A stretch of DNA of 61,219 nucleotides from a virus (lineage: Duplodnaviria > Caudoviricetes): IMG/VR virus record IMGVR_UViG_3300023074_000002, positions 1 to 61,219 of that record, one strand, 5' to 3'. The notes below the pieces were generated by a model. It saw only the letters and a program-made list of their open reading frames with translations. It did not search any database and was not told where the DNA came from. Position numbers and translations under genes: made by a program. This document shows, one piece after another, positions 1 through 8,988 of this stretch (position 1 is its first letter; the number at the start of each line of letters is the position of its first letter).

Positions 1-123
1 CTGTTGCAACATGGCATAAATAGACTGTTGAACGACTAAGGAACTTTTTTCGATTAGTTCTATTCGTCCGTCAACGTAATTGGCTATTTCAATAACCTTG
101 CTTTCTATTTGTCCGTAGTTCAT
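1..123 (-). CDS. Partial ORF, probable N-terminus of the head morphogenesis protein whose remainder is at 60517-61218
   Basis: ATG at 123, open to the window edge (MNYGQIESKVIEIANYVDGRIELIEKSSLVVQQSIYAMLQQ); the 60517 ORF is open off the other edge on the same strand. Confidence 0.6.
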   Translation of the reverse strand, partial: MNYGQIESKVIEIANYVDGRIELIEKSSLVVQQSIYAMLQQ

Positions 124-369
124 TTAGTTCAAACAATGTTCTATAAAGATGAACCTTTGTATGTAGAATGTTTGTGGCAATTCGCTACCTAGATAATCAA
201 TGACACGCACACCATAAGGCGCAAAGCCTTTTTCTTTTACAAACTTCTTTACTATGTAGGCGTGTCCTAAGTTCACCATATCACAATCACCATCCCCACC
301 AAAGGTATCGTTTACGCATAACGCAAACAAATCAATGTCCTTTGGGATACTAGGATAGTAATGGTTCAT
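124..369 (-). CDS. Hypothetical protein
   Basis: 81 aa ORF coupled to the portal end and the next start. Confidence 0.55.
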   Translation of the reverse strand: MNHYYPSIPKDIDLFALCVNDTFGGDGDCDMVNLGHAYIVKKFVKEKGFAPYGVRVIDYLGSELPQTFYIQRFIFIEHCLN

Positions 370-2113
370 TAGGATTAAATAATGGCGTTTGTATGTCAGC
401 TTCCCTTAGTTTATTTACCTCTATTTCGACCGTTTCATAAGTAGCATCCAATAACCATTGTTCGCCTTTTAATCGTATCAAAGTATCTATGTAAGATGGT
501 AGCTTTCGACTTAGGATTATATCTTCTTTGTTGATAGTCCCGATTGTTGAAAGTGTCAATATTTCATCATCGCTATAACCTGCCAAATCATCCATTTCAA
601 GTATCAAAGATGTTTTGCGTTTCATCAAAGCATCACCTGAATATTGTTTGTCCACGAAATCAAATACCATCTTGTTACGAACGAACGCTGGCAACCCTGA
701 CGCTTTCCCTTGCTTAAATTCGTTCAACAATTGTTCCGCCGTTTTCATTTGGAACTGTGTAGGCTTTTGAACGCTGAAAGGGTTATTGATTGGGGATAAA
801 ACACCATTAACCACACCTAGATTTCGATAAGCTATAATATCGGAAATGGTATTGTAGATTATCTTATCGAATAGATGGTTTGATATTTTGCTGATGAATT
901 GATAAAGCCTTTCTTGATCTATTGCTTTTGCTTCGCCGCTTTCTGCTTTGTCTGTTTTGTAAAGGTTGAGCGCGTGAAGTATCTTATCAAAAATATCTTC
1001 GTTCTTTTCGTGGTGGTATGTGTTTATGCCTACGTCTGGATTAACTATTTTAACCAAGTCGTTTTGCATGTCTTTTGCAGGGGCATAAATACGGTCGGAC
1101 GGGTTCATTGATACCGTCCCACGTCCTTTACATGAACGGCAATCCACAAGCTCATAATCAATACCTTCTCCGCAGTCATCGCAGGGTATGTTTTCTTTAC
1201 CTACGCCTTTACATGTGGTACACTCATCATTAGCAATAATAATAAAAGGATGGCTTGCTTCTTTATCCACCATTTGTTCGGCAGAATAAGACGAAATATA
1301 ATCATCGGCCGCCGCTTTAGCTTTCATTAAAAAGCTATCGTAAAAGCCCTGACTATTCCATACACCCCCTGCAACATCTACTGGCAAACGACCTAGCATG
1401 TGCGAATAATAACCGTCCGAATCTTTGCCTAATGCAGCCCACTTGCCATCTTCACCTTTTGTATATCTCCAAATTGTTTTGGTGTCAATGAAATAAATGT
1501 ATTGGTCACGTTTGAACAAAAGACTATCCCTATCATAAGCTAGAATATCCTTTGAGTTGACAAACCACAACCCAACATCTACCTTACCGAATGTAGGCTG
1601 ATCGTACCATGCAAGTAAGGGCATACGTAAAATAAGCCCGTTTGGATCTTCCATTATGTTTTGGATACCAACATTGGCAAACCACCCTATAAGGTCGTAA
1701 TCAATAAAATTGTTAGTCCAAATGTATTCGTTGTCCAACTCATCTTCTACCGTTATTTGGTAGTTGCTATCCTGAAAAATAGCCCCTGTAATAATGTCTA
1801 TTGTTTGTTGGAACGGTGCGCGTGTTAACGGCTTGTATTGGCTCAGTCTCCAATTCCTAGTATCTTCATGTTCCCTCGGATGCCTTGCAAATAACAGGTT
1901 TTCAAAAAACCATTGGTATTCACTACCGAAATAATAAGGAGGATTTACAATTCCTCTCTTACCCGATTTTAACCCCATGAATGCAGGACACGCGCCCGTA
2001 GTGTGCAGGCTCATGCCATAATAAACATCGCGCCACCGCTTTATCTTATCGTGGTGTTGTAGTTCGGTTGAACTTGGGCTATTGATAAAGTCTAAGGCTT
2101 CTTGGAAGTTCAT
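350..2113 (-). CDS. Portal protein with a DnaJ-type Zn-finger insertion
   Basis: 587 aa; portal-like AESGEAKAIDQERL segment; CTTCKGVG..CDDC..CRSCKGRG insertion; next to the gpF-like gene. Confidence 0.75.
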   Translation of the reverse strand: MNFQEALDFINSPSSTELQHHDKIKRWRDVYYGMSLHTTGACPAFMGLKSGKRGIVNPPYYFGSEYQWFFENLLFARHPREHEDTRNWRLSQYKPLTRAPFQQTIDIITGAIFQDSNYQITVEDELDNEYIWTNNFIDYDLIGWFANVGIQNIMEDPNGLILRMPLLAWYDQPTFGKVDVGLWFVNSKDILAYDRDSLLFKRDQYIYFIDTKTIWRYTKGEDGKWAALGKDSDGYYSHMLGRLPVDVAGGVWNSQGFYDSFLMKAKAAADDYISSYSAEQMVDKEASHPFIIIANDECTTCKGVGKENIPCDDCGEGIDYELVDCRSCKGRGTVSMNPSDRIYAPAKDMQNDLVKIVNPDVGINTYHHEKNEDIFDKILHALNLYKTDKAESGEAKAIDQERLYQFISKISNHLFDKIIYNTISDIIAYRNLGVVNGVLSPINNPFSVQKPTQFQMKTAEQLLNEFKQGKASGLPAFVRNKMVFDFVDKQYSGDALMKRKTSLILEMDDLAGYSDDEILTLSTIGTINKEDIILSRKLPSYIDTLIRLKGEQWLLDATYETVEIEVNKLREADIQTPLFNPNEPLLS

Positions 2114-2126
2114 AAAGAAAAGGTAA

Positions 2127-2155
2127 TATAGCCCTACCGAGTTAGCAGGGCTATA
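2127..2155 (-). terminator. Stem-loop after the major tail gene
   Basis: TATAGCCCT/AGGGCTATA inverted repeat. Confidence 0.5.
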
Positions 2156-2157
2156 AA

Positions 2158-2823
2158 TTAGATGTTAAGACCGATTATAGCGGCAAGGGCAGAACAATCT
2201 GCATCAGCAGCATCAATAACCAAAGCAGGGGCATAATCAGCAGTCAAAGCCAACGGATCGCCTTTAAATACAACTGTGCCTTTTTTGATTTCCAATGTGT
2301 AAGAGTTACCACCAGTACCTTGTCTTTCGAATGAACGGAAAACTTGGAACGAAGCTGCCATAGGACGGCCTAATTCGTCTTTCGCCAAATCAATTGTACC
2401 ATCGCACCATACGAACATGTAACGAAGCGACAATCCGATACTTTGTTTGTTGCCCCAAAATTTAAGGTCGGCAAACATGTTTGAAGCAGGGACACCGCTC
2501 GCACCTTCAGGAACATCAACCGCAATACGATCTTGGAAGTTCAAAGTACGTGATACTACGTTTTGTAAGGCTGGCAAACAATCCGCAACAACAAGTTCTT
2601 CAAATTCAGGATCTCCAAATTCGGCATTTACCAAAGGGCTTGTAAACACAATATCCCCCGAATCCACCAACGCCTCAACATTTGTACATGTAAGGACATC
2701 AGGTAAATCAGTTGAACAAGCAAAAAGCCCCAACTTGTAAAGACCGCGTTTTCTTATCTTGGTTTCACAACCCGCATCGGGCATTGCTGTTAATTCTACG
2801 TCTGCGCAATTTGCTGGACACAT
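2158..2823 (-). CDS. Putative major tail (tube) protein
   Basis: 221 aa, beta-rich, own promoter and terminator; shares a translation-initiation sequence with the capsid gene. Confidence 0.55.
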   Translation of the reverse strand: MCPANCADVELTAMPDAGCETKIRKRGLYKLGLFACSTDLPDVLTCTNVEALVDSGDIVFTSPLVNAEFGDPEFEELVVADCLPALQNVVSRTLNFQDRIAVDVPEGASGVPASNMFADLKFWGNKQSIGLSLRYMFVWCDGTIDLAKDELGRPMAASFQVFRSFERQGTGGNSYTLEIKKGTVVFKGDPLALTADYAPALVIDAADADCSALAAIIGLNI

Positions 2824-2967
2824 AGCTTTAAGATTTAATATTTTTAAGTATTAACCGCTTAAAGGTGTGTTATTAGACCTGATAGGGATTTAAGTCCCCC
2901 ACGACTGATACATACTATGCCTAGAGCCTTTTGGGTGGTGGCAAGCCTTACAGATAAATACTATTCA

Positions 2968-2975
2968 CAAAGATA
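2968..2975 (-). promoter_or_regulatory. Bacteroidota -7 promoter element (TATCTTTG)
   Basis: TAnnTTTG upstream of the major tail gene; identical boxes at 11792-11799 and 16462-16469. Confidence 0.55.
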
Positions 2976-2999
2976 AAGATAATTAAATATACTTTACAA

Positions 3000-4568
3000 C
3001 TAAAGTACTGTTGATGAAATTCTTATTCTTATCGTATCTCCATCTACTATTCCCGTTGGGGAAGCTGGCAAATGGAACATCGAACCGCCACCATAAGCAA
3101 AGGTATTTGTTGTTATTAAAGTTCCGTTCTGCAACACCTCAACCTTATAATTCCGCCCCTGTGCCACAATAGGATCGAGATAAACCCCACATGAAGGGGA
3201 GCCTATCCAGCCTGGCACATTGTAAAATGTTTGCGTATTGTTTTGCGGTTGCATTGGCGAGAATGTAATTGTAGAACCTGGGATTGCAAAAATACCGTGT
3301 ACCTGATGCGTAAGAACATTACTAGCAGTCGTATTTTCAACAATCAAAGTAATTAAGTTGCCCTCATCATCTTCTGCACATCCAGCAACAATATTCCATG
3401 ATGTATTTTCTAAAGGCGCATATACTTTCAACTGAATGAACGATGCAAAGGTAGGATTAGCAAAAGCAAAGTTTGTGCCGCCCATCATAGGGGTGATAAC
3501 TTCTGTAGGGTCTCCCAACGCAGTTAGTGCCGCGTCTAATTGAGGTTGATAACTTGCATTGCCAATGTATCCCGTATTAACTACCTCAACACCCCCTATA
3601 AGAACAATGAATTTGTCTGGCACACTTGCTGGTTCTATGTAAATTGACTGGCTTAATGTAGGGTTAATTTGTATTGTCATTGTGGTAGGGTAAACTTGCC
3701 CACCCTGATATTCTACATTTATACCACATTGAGCAATTGAAATTATCCTATAATCGCTACCACAACTATTTGAAACCAACACATAATATTCTATATTATT
3801 AAACGGTTCGGGGTCTAACGGTATTTCAAAATATCCGTCCGCTACGGTTGGCGTTGTTACCTCATTAAACACAGCAGGGTTAACCGTTTGCTGTTGTTTG
3901 GCGTATATCGTGTGCGCTACGTTCGAACTTGTAAAGTTGATGCAAAGTAAATATTCGTCTGTTGTAGGGTCGTAATTAATCCATGCTCCCGAAATATAAG
4001 GGCTTACACAATCGCAATCTTGATTTCTAATATCTGTTATTTGTCCTGAATTACAAATGTTTGTAGCACCATCGCAGCAATCTACCCATGTGGTAACGGT
4101 TGGTGCAATAGAATTCCCTGTTGTTGGAATTATAAGATCCAAAAACGCAGGAATATTATTTGGGGTATAGGTTAATGTTTGTTGACCTCCGCCGCCCCAT
4201 TGTGTGTATTGTACGTTGAATTGACAAACACCGTTCCCAACGCCGCTAAATGTCATGTGAATGACGCTAGTATCATCACACTTTCTTGTGATGTACAATT
4301 CCGTTAAATCGGGGCAAAGGCATTCATCAGGCGGAGGGTCTTCGCTAACCGTAAATTCACGGGTAACAGCAGGGCAAATAACGCCTTCTTCATTAACAAA
4401 CCTTACCTCTAATTCATATTCGCCGTCCGCTAATCCCAATATCTGAAATGAAGCGTTTGTTTGTGCGCCTAAATCTACCCATACACCAGCAGGGAGCAAC
4501 CGATAACGCACCAAAAAATATTCGGTGGTCATTAGTACGGGATCATTAATTTGAATCGTTACGTCCAT
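3000..4568 (-). CDS. Cys-rich FN3/Ig-domain tail or receptor-binding protein
   Basis: N-terminal FN3 signature (VRYR..W..ILGLADGEYELEVR), repeated beta modules linked by CxC. Confidence 0.6.
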   Translation of the reverse strand: MDVTIQINDPVLMTTEYFLVRYRLLPAGVWVDLGAQTNASFQILGLADGEYELEVRFVNEEGVICPAVTREFTVSEDPPPDECLCPDLTELYITRKCDDTSVIHMTFSGVGNGVCQFNVQYTQWGGGGQQTLTYTPNNIPAFLDLIIPTTGNSIAPTVTTWVDCCDGATNICNSGQITDIRNQDCDCVSPYISGAWINYDPTTDEYLLCINFTSSNVAHTIYAKQQQTVNPAVFNEVTTPTVADGYFEIPLDPEPFNNIEYYVLVSNSCGSDYRIISIAQCGINVEYQGGQVYPTTMTIQINPTLSQSIYIEPASVPDKFIVLIGGVEVVNTGYIGNASYQPQLDAALTALGDPTEVITPMMGGTNFAFANPTFASFIQLKVYAPLENTSWNIVAGCAEDDEGNLITLIVENTTASNVLTHQVHGIFAIPGSTITFSPMQPQNNTQTFYNVPGWIGSPSCGVYLDPIVAQGRNYKVEVLQNGTLITTNTFAYGGGSMFHLPASPTGIVDGDTIRIRISSTVL

Positions 4569-4807
4569 TAGCTTCCTGTTGTGAAATTAGTTGTTTCAAT
4601 TGGGCTTGCCTGTCCGTTACAGCACATTCTAGTAATTCTTACATTGTATGTGGTGCCTGCATCTAAAGGCAAAATGTTGAATGGCGGGGCGGTTGGATTT
4701 GGGTTCATGGTCGTGAACTGTGTTTCAAAATCCTTTTTATATTGCACGATGTAATAATTTGTGCAATCCCCAGCGTCTTTTATGTTTATAGTTGCTCCGT
4801 ATGGCAT
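4568..4807 (-). CDS. Single FN3-domain structural protein
   Basis: YIVQYK..LDAGTTYNVRI FN3 pattern. Confidence 0.6.
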   Translation of the reverse strand: MPYGATINIKDAGDCTNYYIVQYKKDFETQFTTMNPNPTAPPFNILPLDAGTTYNVRITRMCCNGQASPIETTNFTTGS

Positions 4808-4817
4808 TGTATTAAGT

Positions 4818-6281
4818 TTAAACGTTGTAAATTATATCTATTACTTCAATAACCGTTCCTGTCATATCAGAACTTGTTGGTGCGCCTATCCATTTCACAT
4901 TACCCATAGTATCGATCACCAATGTGGAGCCTAAAGGTATTGAAGCGTTATTTGCGTTGCTCAAATACAAAGTAGTAGGTGGCAAACAAGATGAACCTGT
5001 AATGACCGCTATTATTTCATTGTTGAATGTTGGCGAAGTTCCTGCAATGGTGTATTTAACGGTAATTTCAACATCCACTCCTACACATGGAGAGAATGTC
5101 ATTTCTTGTGTTGATGGGTTGTAACTATATTCCGATGGCGATATTGGCACCCCGTCAAATTGCACCTCATAAACATCTCCGTTTGGTGGCACGCCTGTAT
5201 CTATTATACAAGTAACCTCGTCTATTGGCGTTGTTTGGTTTACAGAACCGTCAGTTTCACCGCTTCCTATATAATTGTCGTTAAACACGCTAACACTCAA
5301 CGTCCGAACATTACCAGCACTAATTATATCCGTATCTCCTGTGTGTTGAACCCAATCAGGGAACGGTACTACATCGCAGCTTTCACCTAGAATAAACACC
5401 TCAACGCCTGTAATTTCCACAACCTCACATGTTAATTCATAAATAACAACAGGATTGATCTGTATTTGACCGCACGATCTATTGTCAACATTACCACATA
5501 ACGCAGCGTAATTAGGGCTGTTACAATCCAATGCTTTACCGAATATCTTATTTGATTGTGTAGGCGTATCAAAGAAAAGAAAAGAAGGAACGTAACCCGT
5601 GCCAACTACTTTGAATATCCTGTAGTAATCGCATTGTATTTGAATATCGGCGTTAATATCCGTTACTTCTGAAATGTTCGATTGTTGCCTATACCAATCT
5701 AGTAATTGGGTGTATGTTGATGCTACTTGCTGACCTGCCTCGTTAAAGAAGTTTTGGGTAATGATGTTAGCAGGGATTAAAAAGTGGTAGCAATTAGGCT
5801 CGCATTCGCTTTGACAGCCGTATATTTGTTGCTTCCTGCATTCGTCAATAGCCGCCCTTAATCGGTAAACAGGATTACAGAAAGTTCCAATTTCTTCAAA
5901 TGGTGTTTGGCTTGGGAATTTCATCTCCAATCCATCCCAAATCATTTGTTTTGCATGAAACTGTTCCTCCAGCTCCCTCATCTTCCACGTAGGGTAATAA
6001 TCGCCTCCCTGTAATTGATACGACACCTTAGAAAACACCTTTTGCGTCCTACAATTCAAACTATCTTGCCTTGTTATTTCGCGCGGCGTGTCTTTAATCC
6101 ATCCTCTTAAATTCGTTACCTTTTGAAAAGGGAATGCAGATACACTACCGCTACCATCGATAATGGTACCCGTGCCATAATAATTGTCCGCTATATTGTC
6201 CTTACATTCGGTAGTCGTAACCAGCTTAATAACAGGCTTGCCACACGATGTTGTAGGTCTTTTAATTCTTGATAGGTTCAT
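4818..6281 (-). CDS. Cys-rich tail structural protein
   Basis: 487 aa in the tail operon, overlapping start/stop with neighbours. Confidence 0.5.
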   Translation of the reverse strand: MNLSRIKRPTTSCGKPVIKLVTTTECKDNIADNYYGTGTIIDGSGSVSAFPFQKVTNLRGWIKDTPREITRQDSLNCRTQKVFSKVSYQLQGGDYYPTWKMRELEEQFHAKQMIWDGLEMKFPSQTPFEEIGTFCNPVYRLRAAIDECRKQQIYGCQSECEPNCYHFLIPANIITQNFFNEAGQQVASTYTQLLDWYRQQSNISEVTDINADIQIQCDYYRIFKVVGTGYVPSFLFFDTPTQSNKIFGKALDCNSPNYAALCGNVDNRSCGQIQINPVVIYELTCEVVEITGVEVFILGESCDVVPFPDWVQHTGDTDIISAGNVRTLSVSVFNDNYIGSGETDGSVNQTTPIDEVTCIIDTGVPPNGDVYEVQFDGVPISPSEYSYNPSTQEMTFSPCVGVDVEITVKYTIAGTSPTFNNEIIAVITGSSCLPPTTLYLSNANNASIPLGSTLVIDTMGNVKWIGAPTSSDMTGTVIEVIDIIYNV

Positions 6282-6793
6282 TAGCTTGCAAGATAGTCGT
6301 TAATGTTATAATCAAGTGCATCATATTCGCCTAAGTCCGTAACTCCCTGTGAAACAATTGTAATATCCTTAGCCAAAACGCAGCAATTATCGATACAATA
6401 TCTTTCGGTATATTTTTGGAAAATAACTCGTGGAACCGAAACAACACCCCCGCCCGAACTAATCCATTCTATTCTATTAATCGTAACGCGCAAAATAAAA
6501 CAGCTATTGGCACACATCGCAGGGCTGAATCTCTTTGCCCTCATGTTCATGTAAAACACCCCGTTAACGCCTTGAAAAACATACCATTCAAAGTACATTG
6601 TTGCATCTTCAAATACCACCAATCCATCGGGCTGCATCACTTCTATTAATAGCGAATATTGACCCGTTGGCGAAGGCGTTACGATGGCTTGAAGTATTAA
6701 GTCGTTCGCCTCAATTAAAAGGTCGCAGTAACAATCAACTCCCTGTGTGGGGTTGTTAAACTGTAAGTCATCCAATGAATTTATCCAAACCAC
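6281..6793 (-). CDS. Tail structural/adaptor protein
   Basis: Tail operon position; C-terminal EYDALDYNINDY motif. Confidence 0.45.
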   Translation of the reverse strand: MVWINSLDDLQFNNPTQGVDCYCDLLIEANDLILQAIVTPSPTGQYSLLIEVMQPDGLVVFEDATMYFEWYVFQGVNGVFYMNMRAKRFSPAMCANSCFILRVTINRIEWISSGGGVVSVPRVIFQKYTERYCIDNCCVLAKDITIVSQGVTDLGEYDALDYNINDYLAS

Positions 6794-8988
6794 TATACGT
6801 ATCCTTTAAGGTTAATGTGTTTACCAACTTCATTCGCTGAATCGTAATCTACCGTTATTTCGCTTATCCTTCCTTCGTTATAGTAAGCCGTTGGTAATAA
6901 AACCTTAGCCCCTAACTTAACATCGCTTGCATCGTTCAACACTCCTAATCGCTCTAAATCTTCGCAGCACAGTTCTATCTTACATTCCCATTCCCTACTC
7001 GTTGCTGGATTTATTCTTGTATCATCTATCCAATGGAAGAAGTCGTAAATATTTTCTGTGTATTTTGAATTAAAGAACATTGGATAATTGCAAAGCTCGG
7101 CAGGCCGTGCATACAAATCTATGCCAAAATATTCTTGTACGGTGTATTTACCTATTGGAGTGCTGCCAAATGTCAATTGGCTTCCCGTTACATAAGTATC
7201 AGGGAAATGGTTTAGCATCCACGGTATCTGTAATTCATTGTAAATAATATTTGGTGTTGGCTCTGGATAGTTCGAGCCATTTAAACTACTTGGCGCTGTG
7301 GACTTATTTCGTATCGATTTGGCATAATCTACACCCGTATCGGTATCCCAAATGATAATCTTTGGCAAAGCACACGTTTCATCAGACATTAGCAAAGCAT
7401 AATCAGCGTATTTCTCAACGGCTGGCACAATTCCATTCGATACTATTGCAGGGATGGTAGGATTTAGCGCAGCACCGCCCAAAAGAACCTGCATTGCGTT
7501 ACTTAGATAATCTTCACTGGCACCGTCTAATCTAAATCTTGTGCCTCCGAATTGCACTGTTTTATCCAACTCACCTTCGTAGTTAGGGTTATTGGTCTTA
7601 TCTCCCATTGGTATCAAATCGTTCATGTAACCTAAAGCTGCATTTGCGCACGTGTCGGCTGCGTCATCAGCGTATAAGCCCCTCATGTAGGCGTATTGTC
7701 TTTTGTCCAACCAACTAAAACACATACCCTGCAATATTTTGTTTCTATCTTCGGCATTATCCTGAAAGTTATATAAAGCCGCGCCTGTTGTAAATTGGTC
7801 TTTCCTGTAAAAGAATAATGTAGGCGTTACGCCGTTAACATTGGTTAATCTCCACTCATGGTTGAACGCGCCTTTTAATTCATCTAGGAACATATCCAAA
7901 GATATGGGCGGCCTATTATCTGTAATGTAGTAGTCTGTAAGATTCGGGTCATTATTAAAAAGTCCCCGAAATATACGTATCCCTCTTTTAATTGGCGCAT
8001 GTAAGTATGTTGCATTATAATATGGGTTATCCCTTTGCTTTACTTGCCTATCGCTCGAAAGGTCAATGTTTAAAGTGGTGCTATGAGTTAACGGTGAAGT
8101 AATACCATCAACATAAATACCGCACTTCTTACAAACATTGTCTATATAATCACGAATTAATGGTGCGGGATGAACCCGCCCACAACCCGAACTTTCCATA
8201 AAGAAAGACTCCGCTAAGTCCAAAGGATTAAAGAACGAAAGGTAATCAACTGGATCTTGCCCCGTTAGCCATGCGATGGCGTTTATTATTGCGATGACTA
8301 CGTTTATAATCGCAATTATAGTATTGATAATTGGAGTTAAAAGAATAAGGATAGTAAAAACCAAAGACATCAGCCACCAAAGAACGATCATCATTCCGTT
8401 GGGCTTAACTTCGTTGCAATAAACAAATCTAGGGTGCTTCTTTGTAGGTTCTGACTGAAACCATCCTTGCCAATTATCGCTAATAATAGTCGTTTGCATG
8501 CATTGCAAAGCAGGGTCTTTCTGTTGTATCGTTACGCTAAACTCACATATCTCATCGGCGCACCAAGTGACTTGTTTTGCTTTTATGATCCAATCTTCGT
8601 ACCGTCCGCAACTTGTATCTATAATCCTTACGTCAATGGCGTTAAGTGGTGCCGCAACATGATCTATAAGCCATTCCTTAATGAATTGATAGGCGTTATT
8701 CTCAATTAGGATATTACTACTGGCTGTCTTTTTTGAAAACATGGCACCAGCGCTAACAACGCCTTGTTGATCGCGCTCTTTTGTCCACGTTAATTGAAGT
8801 GTATCTAAGTTTGCAACATCTTCAGTAATATCAAAGTAATTAGGAACGGGAACGGTACCAGATACGGGGTGTAACTGCGAAGGATTAAGCCCCGCATAAA
8901 CAATATTTTGCCCTTGTACCAACCCCTGTGTAGGGCTTGTTTCAATAGCTTGGTATTGCGTGTGTCGTATCTGTATTTGTAACTCCAT
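6793..8988 (-). CDS. Tail tip/hub protein with a hydrophobic segment
   Basis: 731 aa directly after the tape measure gene; internal hydrophobic stretch (IINTIIAIINVVIAIINAI). Confidence 0.5.
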   Translation of the reverse strand: MELQIQIRHTQYQAIETSPTQGLVQGQNIVYAGLNPSQLHPVSGTVPVPNYFDITEDVANLDTLQLTWTKERDQQGVVSAGAMFSKKTASSNILIENNAYQFIKEWLIDHVAAPLNAIDVRIIDTSCGRYEDWIIKAKQVTWCADEICEFSVTIQQKDPALQCMQTTIISDNWQGWFQSEPTKKHPRFVYCNEVKPNGMMIVLWWLMSLVFTILILLTPIINTIIAIINVVIAIINAIAWLTGQDPVDYLSFFNPLDLAESFFMESSGCGRVHPAPLIRDYIDNVCKKCGIYVDGITSPLTHSTTLNIDLSSDRQVKQRDNPYYNATYLHAPIKRGIRIFRGLFNNDPNLTDYYITDNRPPISLDMFLDELKGAFNHEWRLTNVNGVTPTLFFYRKDQFTTGAALYNFQDNAEDRNKILQGMCFSWLDKRQYAYMRGLYADDAADTCANAALGYMNDLIPMGDKTNNPNYEGELDKTVQFGGTRFRLDGASEDYLSNAMQVLLGGAALNPTIPAIVSNGIVPAVEKYADYALLMSDETCALPKIIIWDTDTGVDYAKSIRNKSTAPSSLNGSNYPEPTPNIIYNELQIPWMLNHFPDTYVTGSQLTFGSTPIGKYTVQEYFGIDLYARPAELCNYPMFFNSKYTENIYDFFHWIDDTRINPATSREWECKIELCCEDLERLGVLNDASDVKLGAKVLLPTAYYNEGRISEITVDYDSANEVGKHINLKGYV

